Positions 52,541-64,000 are shown, counted from the first letter of the stretch. The stretch is DNA of 64,000 nucleotides from Camelus dromedarius (GCF_036321535.1 NC_087455.1:9486001-9550000), one strand, 5' to 3'. Notes: a model not told the origin generated them from the letters alone. A program made the numbers and translations.

Positions 52541-54394
52541 TGGGTTCTATGCACAGCACCGTTCACACATACACAGCCCCATCCTCACACATGACGTGCA
52601 GAGTTGCGAACAAAAGTCTCACTGACCTGGCCTCATTGTCGGAGGTTTCTGTTAGATGTATGAGCCAAAGGGTGGACACAGACACAAAATCTTGGGTTCA
52701 AGACTGGGCCTGTTTTACTGATAATGGAAACTCTATCCCCCAAGACTTCTAGAGGACATTGACCACAGTAGAGGGATTTCAGAAAATAGAATTTCTCCTT
52801 CAAGTTTGGTTAACCCTGAAATCTGATTGCATAGAATTTGGAGCAAGAGTTACCTGCAAACATTAAGGAGACGAAGTGTGTCTGTGTTGACACGCATCCC
52901 GCGTCCGAAAAGTTCAGATACATAAAGAGAGGCTTTTGTATAATTCATGTTATTTACTAGAACGATTTTACTGGCCCTCTGAACATCATCGTGCTCTCTA
53001 CTATAAATATGCATTCAGACCTTTTCCAAACCACTAGTCATTTGCCCAGCGGGCCATAAAAGCAATGTATCATGTAACCATATATTGGGATGAAATTTCA
53101 AAAGCCCTCCATTTAGGCAGCAGGCCTTAGTGGGTTTGGGGAGCTGTAACATTATCCATTTAATTATACATTTGGACACACTGAAAAAAAAAACCTGTAT
53201 TATTTACACAATTGCCTGTAATATTCTCTCCAAGCTGCTAGACCTGCATCAGAAACCATTAGAATGCTAATCAAGAGAAAAATATGAAATATATTTTCTT
53301 GGTGCAACTCCAGCAAATTTTGTGGACACTTTTATTTCAGCCACAAGTTTTTTTTTTTTTTCTCCTAAAACTGCTATCTGAAGGGGCCTCTCCTAGTCTT
53401 GGGGTGGGGGCTATTCCCTAGACTGTTAATTTGGGAATATAACATAATTTGCCCAATATTGGCTCTATTTCTCAAAGACAAAAGTCTTGTACAAGGCATG
53501 GTACCTTAAATTTGAGAGGAGCCAAATTGTTGGGATGGGCAAGTTGTTCTGTTCTAGAGGGAAAATGATGCTGAAGGAGATGGTCCTGCCAGGAATAGAC
53601 ATAGCATTAAAATATTCTCGTTTGGAGTTAACTACTTGAGAGACACAGACAATGTCTCTTTCGGGATCCCAGGCATTCTAGAGTGCGTTAGAGCAGAAGC
53701 TGGGTGTGGAGGGAAACCCAAAGCCCTGTACTCCTTTCCCAGGGTTTTTGAGCAGCTACACAGTTCATGTGCTCTGTTGGTGCTGGCCACACGGAGGCAA
53801 AGAGAGATAGTTCTAGAAATTCCTACCTTATAGGACTACAGTCTTTAGAGAGGAGGCAGATCAGAAAGCAGAAAACAGTGCATGTTGATGGAAGAACCAA
53901 GTCACTAGGTGGGGTCTCATTGCTCCCGAATGTGCTCAGGTCATCACAGGTAAGCTTCTTCCCCCTGCCCTGCGTCCTGCCCACCTCAGCCAGTCTTTGT
54001 CTTGGATTTATGCCTCAGATTTTGGTCGATGGGCCTCCTCTTTGCTCAGACATGGTGTGTCCTTAGCTCTATGTGTGGCTTCAGTTTTCCCCTCTTATTT
54101 CACTGAGTATTCAGCCTTGACTTTTCTGTACTCCCCCTGTAAAGGATTGTTAAGTTAAGCTTGTAGGGACTTCATGCTGCCAGAAACATATATAGATTAA
54201 TATCAGATGAGACCAGAGAACTCAGACCACCTCCTCTTCTAGTATCTCATTTATCACCTCTAAGTAATAATGACGTTGAATGACTGAATGGTTGTGCATT
54301 TGTATGACAGACTGTCTTTTGGTTTTCTATTTTGCTGTCTCTGCTCACTGCTTTATATTGTTGTTTAATACAGCAGATGTTTCCCGTATTCTCC

Positions 54395-55085
54395 TTTTTT
54401 AAATTGAAGTATAGTTGACTTACAATGATGTGTTGGTTTCTGGTGTATAGCATAGTGATTCAGTTATACATATATATATTCTTTTTAATTATAGGTTGTT
54501 ATTATAAGATATTGAATGTAGTTCCCTGTTCTGTACAGTAGAACCTTGTTGTTTGTCTGTTTTACATATAGGAGTTTGTATCTGCTAATCCCACACTCCT
54601 AATTTATCCCTCCCCCACCCCCTCTTTGGTAACCACAAGTTTGTTTTCTATGTCTGTGAGTCTGCTTCTGTTTTGTAAATGAGTTCATTTGTATAACTTT
54701 TTTAGATTCCACATATAAGTGATATCTTGCAATATTTGTCTTTCTCTGTCTGACTTACTTCACTTAGTATAATAATATCTAGGTCCATTCATGTNNNNNN
54801 NNNNNNNNNNNNNNNNNNNNNNNNNNNNNNNNNNNNNNNNNNNNNNNNNNNNNNNNNNNNNNNNNNNNNNNNNNNNNNNNNNNNNNNNNNNNNNNNNNNN
54901 NNNNNNNNNNNNNNNNNNNNNNNNNNNNNNNNNNNNNNNNNNNNNNNNNNNNNNNNNNNNNNNNNNNNNNNTGTGAACATTGGGTGCATGTATCTTAGCA
55001 AATTAGGGTTTTCCTCTTTTCCAGGTGTATACCCAGGAGTGGGATTGATGGATGATACGGTAATGCTTCTTTTAATTTTCTTGAT
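54395..55085 (-). mobile_element. L1 3' end (artiodactyl-type) containing a 177-N gap (54795-54971)
   Basis: ttttaaattgaagtatagttgacttacaatg...tagattccacatataagtgatatc...tgtgaacattgggtgcatgtatctt...cccaggagtgggattg. Confidence 0.85.
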
Positions 55086-55589
55086 ACAAAACAGTTCCAC
55101 TGATGCATAACACTTAGGTGGCTTGCTTCATCAAAGCACAACGTCTGCCTATGGAAATCCTTGAAACAGAAAAGGAGACCAGGACCACGGACATGATAGT
55201 ATCAGAAACCCTTCTCCCCACCTGTGCTACTCCTTGGATTGTCATGGAGCTGAGGACATAGCAGTAGTGCTTTCAGCAAAGTGCACTGAACTTAGCAGGA
55301 CAGCAAATGTTGACTCATGATAGGTTACAAAGAAGTCATAGGATTTGGGGGGAACCTACTATACATTTTACTCAGTTTAACGTTAATGATGAGAGATTTG
55401 CTGTTTTACGTTAAACATAGCCCTCGAGGAGATCTGGTTAGATCATGGATCTGTCCTTCCTGGAAGCTTCTTTGAACTTAAGTAATTTCTTGCCAATAGT
55501 GAAATTTGCTTTTGTGGATATGTTAGGGCTTTGAAAATCAATCAATGGGCCATCTTTCATTTCTACTACAAAACAGATCCTACCATTCT

Positions 55590-55790
55590 ATAACCATACG
55601 ATATAATGGAAATCCATTAAGAACTTCTCTAAGATTCAGTTTTCTCCTCTGTATCATAGGAGTAGTAATACCCAGCTTGCAAGGTAGAAGTACATGAGGG
55701 GACTTCAGTAAAGAACCAAGTCCAGTTCTTGCATAGAGTAGGCATTCTGTATATGGCACTGCTGTAATTATGCTTTGCTCATCCCGTAGA
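55590..55790 (+). mobile_element. MIR SINE
   Basis: gaacttctctaagattcagttttctcctctgtatcataggagtagtaatac. Confidence 0.55.
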
Positions 55791-56657
55791 CTCCTCAGCT
55801 CACAAAATTCCATTGCCAACTGTAGCAGGTGATTTTGCTAGCCAGTGGTTTTCTTTTAACCCTGCTCCAAAGAAAAGGAAGGAAGGAAGGAGGGAAGGAA
55901 AGAAAAGGGAAAAAAGGTGTTGGACCATCATAAGAACAGAGAGAGCATTTCAGAGTGTGTGAAAGGTCACATTTCTTTGCACAGAAATCTGTCCCGCCTA
56001 TCTCTCCAGCTCGTGGGTTGAGCTGGCTGCGCCGTAGGGATCAGAACGCCAGTGTTTATTTGTTCAATCCTCACTTTAGCTGGCAGCTGCTCCAGCGCAG
56101 GAATTTTATGGCAGGAAATATTAAGTGTTGTTGGATCTGGGTGCTTTAGAGCCCTGGGTAGCATTGTTCTTTCTTAAGAAAAAAAAAAAAAAAAAAAAGA
56201 AGAAAGAAAAAAAGTAAGAGTGACAATCAGCTAAGGACTATTAAGCTTCATGGCCTTGGTCTTATCATATTGCATCTCCTCTTCCCAGTCCTTAATGACT
56301 GCGATGTAATAACGTCTTTCAAATTTATTGAGACAATTAGAAGCAAACAGTTCTTTTGACCCCCAGCTCTTTCAAAGTCACATGATGCCACAAGACAAAG
56401 TGGGGCCAGGAGACAAAAGTCCTTTTCAAGGTGTTGTTTGATGTACATTTTAGATTCCAAAGTGTCACGAGGAAAAGGAAGCTGGATTGTAGGATGCAGA
56501 CACCAGAATTCTGGTCTCAGCTTTTCCTTTAATTTGTGAGATGATCTTGGGTGGAGGGTGCAGATTGTCTTCCCTAACCTGAATATGCTCATTTGTAAAA
56601 TGGGAATAGATCTAAGATCCCTTCCATCTCAAAAATTCCCCCCCCCCCTTTTTTTTG

Positions 56658-56689
<32 letters not shown>

Positions 56690-57163
56690 GAACTCTATTG
56701 GGTTATTGAAAGCAAATGCCTTACTTTGGGTCACTGCCTACACTGTTGACCTCATCCTTTACAGGGCACTGCTGTGCCCACAGCACTAGCTAGATAGGCA
56801 GTGGAGCATGTGACCTCTTCTCTGCCCAAGCCACAGCCTCCTGCACAACAGGGCTGAGCACCCCATTGAAAAATTGATCAGGGGGCCAGTGACCTCAGGC
56901 CTGCAGGACTTGGTCCTAGCTGGGGAGTCCATGATTAGGAAAATGATAGGCAGGGCTGACTCACTTGGAAGCTGAACCCCAAAGCCACGAGGTCCTTACA
57001 CGATTGAGGCAGAGAATGTGATTCCCAAATAAGCTGAAGTTGTGGAAGGGCTGGCTGGTAGTCAGGGTCTAACAGAGAAGGTAGGAAAAAGCCAGAAGAG
57101 ATGTTATGATCGGGATTTTGTGAGAACCTAGAGACATGTGCATGTGTGGGTATATGCGCACAT

Positions 57164-57202
<39 letters not shown>
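57164..57202. repeat. (CA)~19 microsatellite
   Basis: Directly visible. Confidence 0.95.
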
Positions 57203-57205
<3 letters not shown>

Positions 57206-57244
57206 TTATTTCAGGGCCCAATTCTAGGCCACTTCGTGCACAGA

Positions 57245-57460
57245 ATTTAGGAGTGAGGGATCTGAAGTTATGGTGCCTGAATTTAAATTCTAGCTGTGTG
57301 ATCTTGGGTAAGGCATTTAATGTCTCTGGGCCTCAGTTTTCCCACAAGTGAAATGGGGTGGGAGCTACTAGTGCCACTGATCCTGTGGGATGGTAGGTGA
57401 AGTTCTTAGCATAATTCCTGGAACAGAATAATTGCTTGGTAACTTTGTGCCTGTCATCAT
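57245..57460 (+). mobile_element. MIR SINE
   Basis: tagctgtgtgatcttgggtaaggcatttaatgtctctgggcctcagttttcccacaagtgaaatgggg. Confidence 0.8.
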
Positions 57461-58329
57461 TACTATTTTATTCATTACATTTACCTGTACCCCTATAATA
57501 AACCCCTTTTCCTTGAGGTGACACAAACACGCCTTTCCTTCCAGTGCGAAGAATTTTATGGCAGGAAATACAATTTCTCTCTCTCTAGCTTCGAAAACTG
57601 TTTCCTCCCCAGTCAAAAGAAATGATCTGTGCACTTCAAGGCTGACCTCTCTCTCCTTCTCCATGAGGGTGTCATTGATGACCATATTCTGATTTTTCAT
57701 CTCTGCTGAATTTTGCCTGCGTCCACGTAAGACTTGGTGGAACATCTAAGAGCTGTTCCAACCACCATCGCACGTAACTGTGTGCTGTTTTGGTTGTGGT
57801 GTTCATGATATTTCATTCTTAAATCTCTCTCCCAACAAAGTGTAAGCCTTTTGAGGGTAAGGGCTATGCTTTGCATTTATTTATTTTCCAAGTGTCTTAA
57901 ATAATGCTGGAATTACCAAAGAAGTTTAATACATTGACTTTATTGGATAAACCTGGTTAAGCCACGAAGCCTTCCACCATAAATGAGTTCTTCCAATTCT
58001 TCATTTCACCTTTGGCTAGCCCGTCCGGCAATTCTACAGTATTTATTTAATAGCAGAAGACTTGAAAGTAAACAAGTTTAAAGAAGTCCAGTACCTCTGG
58101 TTCTCCTGTTGTTCATGCAGCTAATAAACTGTTTGAGGTTGGGCAAATCATGTCTGTTTTCTGAACCTCAATTTCAGCATCAGCTAATTGAAGCTGATAA
58201 ATGTTTTGACCTCAGATTTTTCCACCAAATTAGTATAGTATCCATGAAAAATTACGAAAGATTTACTAGAATTTGTTCTTTTGTAAAACTGTTTAACAGG
58301 GTGTATTTGTGCTTGGAACTTCAGAGTGG

Positions 58330-59960
58330 TCCCAGAGGCAACGCAGCATGGGGGTTAAACTGGGGGCTTCAGAGTCACAGAGCTGGGTTTGAATTCCAGC
58401 TCTGCTCACCTACCAGCTGATTTTCAGCAAGTCCTTGACGTCTTTGATCCTCAGAAGTAAAACCTGTCTCTAATCATTGGCATGAGGACCAGAGGTGATG
58501 AGTGTATTAAGCATAGGCATTTAGGGTGTGATGGTCAAGGACAGAGCTTGGACTGTACCCCAGATCTCTCTCACCAACCCACATGACTGAGCACCAGCCA
58601 TCCTTCACTGGGCACAGGGAAGAGTTTTTTACCTGGCTGCATTGGTGAAGGGTAGACATGGCTGCTCCCTAAAAAGGCTTTGCTTGTTGAGTGTGGGGAA
58701 TGGGAGATGCTGGAGAAGTAGCAGTTGGGGGAGAGGGAAGCTCTCACCAAGACTAGATACAGACAATCGGTGAAACATCACCCGCAGCCTTGGCCTTTGC
58801 ATTTAGCCTTTACTGAGTGTGATGCCTCCATTGTGCTCACCATCTAAGGCCTCAGAAATGACTCTCACAGGTTCTTTCCTCTTCTGTAAGTCAGCTTATG
58901 CGAATGAATGGGCTGTGGACCAACTCTGTGACCTTGAGTAGATTTTCCCACCTCTACAATCCTCTGTTTCCTTACACATGGCATGAGGACGATAATTACC
59001 TGCCTCACAAGAGCTTAAGTAACGTAATGCATGTGGCTCCTAGTGAGGGCTCAGAAAATACTATCTTTTGTTACTATCAGCAGCCACATAATATGATAGC
59101 GATGAATGAAAGGAGGTGACTCACCACCACTAGGGCCATAGGGAGGAGCTGGCTAGAGGCCTGGAGGCCAAGCGCCTGTGAAGGGCCATCCTGGGCAGGG
59201 GGTAAGTAACAGCATGTGCAAAGTTTGGAGGGGTGGAAGAGCAGAGTGTGTTGAGGGATCTCTAAGTATTTCAAACACTGGCACTTAGGATGGTCATGTG
59301 CTGAGGGTACGGGGGAAAAAGAGCCAGAAGGGGTAGGGCAGGGTCACATCAGGCTTTGGTTGACAAATTTTCAAGTTGCATCTGTTCCTTCTGCTTATTG
59401 ACTAAACCAGGAGGCATTTCCAACCTTCAGGTTCTCAAGCTGCCCCTGACTTGTGGTCCAGTGTTCCACGGGTCACTTAAACTCTCTGGGGCTCGGTCCA
59501 CCCAGTGGTCACACACTCTGCTTCTTTGTGGGGCTATTGTCCCCGAAGCTGCATCTTAAGAGCACCTGCAGAAAGTAGGTGCTATGCAAGTACAAATATT
59601 TTTAGTTAAATGCTGCTTCATGACTCCACATGTTATATTCAAGACCAAATGCATCCTGTTGTCTAAGTATTTTATCACTGTAACAGATATTTGAAATATA
59701 GTAGTAATAACGCTACTGTAATAGCAACCGCCTTCCGAGCATTTATCAGTGCCACTGAAATAAGCACCTTATAAATATGGTCCCCTTTAATCTTCACAAC
59801 AACTCTATCTGATAGATACTATTCCCACTTTCCAGATGAGATAACTGAGCCTTAAGATGGTTGAAAAAAACCCAAAAAACCAAAACTGCCTACTGTCACA
59901 CAATTCACAGATTCACAAATAACGCAGTTGGAATTTGCATCTGGGTCAACCCAAATCTTT
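58330..59960. mobile_element. MIR (+58330-58520), MIR (+58885-59060), L2 (-59070-59360), MIR (-59700-59960)
   Basis: MIR cores (gggtttgaattccagctctgctc; ctctgtgaccttgagtagattttccc; ttccagatgagataactgagcc) and antisense L2 (aacagcatgtgcaaagtttggagggg...gtcacatcaggctttg). Confidence 0.65.
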
Positions 59961-61485
59961 TGGTTTAGTCATGCAAAGGAAGCAATAAGATTGGGAACCT
60001 GGATATTCTGCGAAACGAACAAAAAAAAGATGTCTGTAAATATACGGAGAGGCCCAACGCCGGCAGGGCACATTCAGTCCAACCAAACATTTGTAAAATG
60101 AGTGATTCATAACTGCGGGCTTGATTAAATTCTGCCTTGTGTATTTCTCTCTTATCCTTCACCCCTTCGTACTGGTGTTAGAATATAACTAAAATAAGGA
60201 AAGAGAGAGGGCCTGTTCTAGTCACAGTAACTGTTTATGGTCTATGCGTACTTCCTACGTTACCAAGGAGAAAGTGGAATTCAGAATAGGAATTTCTCAA
60301 GGTCACGTGGTGGGCGAGTGATGACCTAGGATTTGAACCCTGATTCCAAGCCCCTTTCTTCTTCAGTGTGCTATTTCCTCAAGTCATCATTATCACAAAC
60401 AGCCCCATTCTTGTGCCTACGGCTAAGCACCTCTGTTTCTCCAATTCCCAAATTTTCATTTGAAAATAATACTGTCTCCACGAAACTGAAAGCTGATAGC
60501 CCCGTTTCCCAAATGGGAGAGTTAAATTCATTACTGATGCTGAAAACTCAATTCAGGTATTCTTTGCTCCCAGCCCAGGCGCGGAGGTGAGACACCTCTA
60601 ATCATCTCTTTAGTGTTTGCTCATTTTATGGAGCCCTGCCCCCCCCACCCCCTCCCTGCCTACCAGCAGGAATTCACTTCGTGGAGGCTCCTTTGTGGCA
60701 GCATGGGCAAGCATCTCAATTTCCAAACATATGGCTGGTTTCAATCAATGAGGCTCTAAACACACCACTCCTGGGGCTACAGGGAGTGGTGGTGGGGCTA
60801 GCTGGATTCAGGATGCACAGCCAGCAATAAGCAACCAGGGAGCCTCTGCATTCTTTTGTTCCTGAGATCCTAGGTTTATGTTACCAGGGCTGGGCTGGGC
60901 TGGGCAGACGGAAGCATGCAAACAAAGCCTTACTCAGCCGATAGGGCTGACAAGCAAGCTTAGGATAGGGGAGGGAAGTCTGCTACTTCCCTCAAAAATG
61001 AAATTCTAGTTAGTGCCTGCAGGAGAACAGAATCCGAACAGATTTATAGAGCAATCGGGGCAAGAATTGGATGTCCAAAGAGGGGGAGAGATACCTTTTC
61101 TGAAAGAGAGGAATAACAATTAGGAGTTCTTTTCTTTGACTAGTGCTTTATAATCAACAAAACGTAATCACACACGTGGAGAGATGGTAACAGTCAGGAA
61201 CTCTAGGGCCAAATCCAGCTCTTCCCGGTGATAAGCTGGGTGAACCTGGGCAAGGCGCTTAAGCTTCTGGCGTCTCATTTTCCGGGGGATGATAAACACT
61301 ATTACTACCTTCCTATTAGGATTTTTCTAAGAATTGAATAAGACAATGCGTATGAAGTGTTGAGAGCATGTCTGCTATCTGGAAATGGCACATAAGTGCT
61401 TGCTATTATTTTATCTGTTCTTTCTAAACGGTCGGCAAAGAAGGAAGAGTAGATGTTACTGAAACCGAGGGTCATCATTAGCCAA

Positions 61486-62010
61486 GTCCGTGTCACCTGC
61501 TTTCACTAATCAAGGTCAACTACAGAAGAGCGGCATGCCCTCCAAGCAGCACGCAGCCTGAACGAGATGTTTGCCGCAGTTGAGTTCCAGGAACGCGGAG
61601 TCAGCTGTGTCTGGTTCAAGCCGAGCTGGTTAAGACTGGGCATGCGCGAGTGTTCAGTGACCTTTCACCATCAGAGGGCCTCGGAGTGCGCTAAGGGCTA
61701 CCGTTTCTGAAGGTGCAGCGGCCTGGGGCTTAGATACAGAAAGTAGATTACCGCACCTTTTCCCAATCACCTTCCCCCACGAGCCCCCCACGGGCCCCCC
61801 ATGCCCCACGCGCCTCCCACGCCTGGGACCGCCCTGCTTCATTATTCGTTGTCCCATAAATAGCCTCAAGCCGCTTGCCTTCAGGGAGGTGAATATGGGA
61901 CTAGTCCTCCGTCTCTGTCGCCTGGACTGGCTGCCTTGCGAACACCTCTTGCTGCGAACGTCAGCGTCTCTGCATTTGGGCTTGCTGTGCGTCGGGCAAA
62001 ACGAACCTGG
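61486..62010 (+). promoter_or_regulatory. CpG-enriched promoter candidate (CCAAT, C-rich EGR/KLF-like repeats, GC box, TATA-like CATAAATA, Inr-like TCA)
   Basis: About 30 CpG in ~520 bp (counted by eye), the densest stretch I found in the window; ccaat 61763, gaccgccc 61827, cataaata 61855-61862, tca 61881-61883. Confidence 0.55.
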
Positions 62011-62014
62011 TTCA

Positions 62015-62115
62015 GTAGCATTACCTCCATTGGAAAAATGGAAGCTCAAAGGGGTTGAGACGTTTGAGTACACCAGCAGTAAGTTGTAGAGGTAAAAGTA
62101 GCACCCAGCTTTTCT
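62015..62115 (-). mobile_element. Decayed MIR supplying a GTAAGT donor on the + strand
   Basis: ttacctccattggaaaaatggaagctcaaaggggttgag...caccagcagtaagttgtagagg...cacccagc aligns by eye with antisense MIR (ccattttacagatgaggaaactgaggctcagagaggttaag...cacacagctagtaagtggcagag). Confidence 0.55.
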
Positions 62116-62626
62116 TTAGTAAGTCATTAATCCATTTGTTTTATTCCCTCAGTCGGTGTGAGGTGAGCCCTTGCTGTGTGTGAGCCGCACTGGGAGGGAA
62201 AGGAGATCCTGCCGTAGGTACTTCCTGAAGGCTATCAGAGGGTGGTGATTTCTGTGACACCTCTGATAAAAGCCTTGGCTGGGAGGAAGCCGGGGGTGAT
62301 TTTGGTAGTGTGGATGGGGGTAAGTTTTCACCTAACATCAGGCTTTCACGACTGAGCCAAGGTTTCTTGAGGTTTAAGTGATGAAACAAGAAGTCATGAA
62401 GTTTTGCTGTTCTCTGGGAAAGAACTGTTGTCCTGTTCCATTAATGGAGACACTGTCAAATTCGTATTATACTTGCAAAGTTTTGCAGTAAAATTTCAGG
62501 CTCAGGAGGAGCTGAACTCTCCTGACTCAAAGCCCCTGCCTCCTCTACTGGCTGTATGACTTTGAGTTGATTAACTTCTGCGTGTCTCTATGTGCAGCTT
62601 TTTTAAATGGGGAGAAAGTCAGCCCT

Positions 62627-62964
62627 TCCACTGAGGGATAATGAGATGTTACGGCCCTTCCCAATCTGATTTGAGCAGGCTACCCTCTTTTTCCTGAGAA
62701 TACTCATTGACATGCTCAGGTAGCTTGGTAGATACCAACATAGAAAATGACCCGGCTTTTTTGATTTTTTCAAGAATTTTGTTTACAATTTTTCTCCACT
62801 GAGGGATAATGAGATGTTACGGCCCTTCCCAATCTGATTTGAGCAGGCTACCCTCTTTTTCCTGAGAATACTCATTGACATGCTCAGGTAGCTTGGTAGA
62901 TACCAACATAGAAAATGACCCGGCTTTTTTGATTTTTTCAAGAATTTTGTTTACAATTTTTCTC
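62627..62964. repeat. Perfect 168-bp tandem duplication
   Basis: 62627-62796 is identical to 62795-62964 (2-bp shared 'tc' at the junction). Confidence 0.97.
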
Positions 62965-63499
62965 GCGGCCATGCCCCAGGAAGGAGGGTAGGCCGTGATG
63001 TAGTGCGTCACTGGGGCAGTAACTCTGCCCTGCCCAGTCATAGGGAAATACAGTTTGGTGTTCGTAAATCTTTGGGGCCTGTTGTAAGTGTAGTCTAACA
63101 TCAGCTGTCCGGTGAAATTTTCAAAAGTGTTTATTTAATGCTTCTTATGTGTTAAATACTGTTGTAGTCACTGAGGAAATCAAGTGATTTAAGCTAGATG
63201 AGGCCCACCCTTTCATAGGACTTATATTTTAGTGGAGTGACAGATAACAAACCCATAAATAAACAATAATTTGAAACAGTAATAGATGCTTTGAAGGTTG
63301 GAAAATGATTCCACAACCACCCCTCCTAACATGGTAACGATAGTGATGATCACAGCCAGCCAGTGAGGGCTAAGTATCTGCTAGGCATCTCTAGCCATTC
63401 GCTTAGCACAAGTCTTTTTTTATGGAGTACCTTTTAACATCTCGTAGACTAGTTTCATGGAGGTTGCGGTTTGAAAAACACAGCTATTCATTTCAAGCC

Positions 63500-63835
63500 G
63501 GCAGTGTTCAGGTTCAGCATGCCCGCCGCTAACGTTTGCAGGGCCCAGGACGAGAGAACAAATAGAGGCCCACATACCATGTGTCTAAATATTTAAGTGT
63601 TACAAATCAAGCGAATAAACTTTTAAATCTATCCCCCTCGCTTGACAAATATCATGTCATAACAATCTGGAAGGCCAGGTTTGGATTTAGAGCTCTCGGA
63701 GCCTAAATCCTGGAGGGTGGTGGCCTGGGGAGAACCGGTTCCTGGGAACCACACTCCTTCTCCACGCACGAACAGTACAGGCTTTGCTCAAAAGATGTGG
63801 ACCCCGGTCCACCCCTCGGAACAGCCAACACTTAA
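63500..63835 (+). mobile_element. hAT-Tip100 element (MER115-like)
   Basis: ggttcagcatgcccgccgctaacgtttgcagggcccagg...gaggcccacataccatgtgtctaaatattt...ctggaaggccaggtttggatttagag matches a recalled MER115 consensus. Confidence 0.6.
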
Positions 63836-64000
63836 TTACCTTTTGGCATGAATCTTGAAGTATGCAACCGGAAATTCCAGAGTTCTGGGTACCCAGCAAA
63901 CAAAGAAACATAGAAATACAGATAGAATAACTAATTACCCTCAAAGCTACTTCCCAACCGTGACGTTTCATGATTTGGTTTTTAGTGCTGGAATTTGGAT

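Noticed and set aside
56638-56683. C-run/T-run/A-run homopolymer string
   Set aside because: Low-complexity expansion at a MIR edge; no TSD or element body
1810-62529. About 20 AP-1 (TGASTCA) sites and several D-box-like 8-mers across the window
   Set aside because: Dispersed rather than clustered, and within roughly 2-fold of rough expectation once TG/CA dinucleotide bias is considered
924-63971. The six-frame ORF track as protein-coding genes
   Set aside because: All ORFs are at most ~170 aa. Many use non-ATG starts, span N-gaps, or lie in L1/L2/MIR/LTR/HAL1. None resembles a protein I recognise, and no consistent exon chain could be built.

Overview
Mammalian non-coding, repeat-dense DNA. 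It is very probably from a camelid (camel/alpaca/llama): two tRNA-derived SINEs and several young L1 3' ends look camelid-type, and the four N-gaps look like a short-read assembly. I recognise no protein-coding gene, RNA gene, CRISPR array or viral element. The supplied ORFs are short, N-spanning, or derived from L1/L2/HAL1/MIR. Much of the window is explained by old eutherian elements (MIR, L2, L3, L1M/HAL1, MaLR/ERVL LTRs, hAT MITEs) plus younger L1s and SINEs. Repeat family names come from recalled consensus similarity and most boundaries are approximate; RepeatMasker/Dfam should confirm them. The best non-repeat signals are: (i) a CpG-enriched, CCAAT/GC-box/TATA-like promoter candidate with a possible first exon at ~61.5-62.1 kb; (ii) an exact 20-bp CDX/HOX+ETS-type word duplicated 1450 bp apart at 56.1 and 57.55 kb; (iii) a perfect 168-bp tandem duplication at 62.6-63.0 kb; (iv) a twin-primed inverted L1 at 9.0-9.5 kb; (v) a few canonical-looking orphan exons. 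I found no convincing evidence of a novel multi-gene system.
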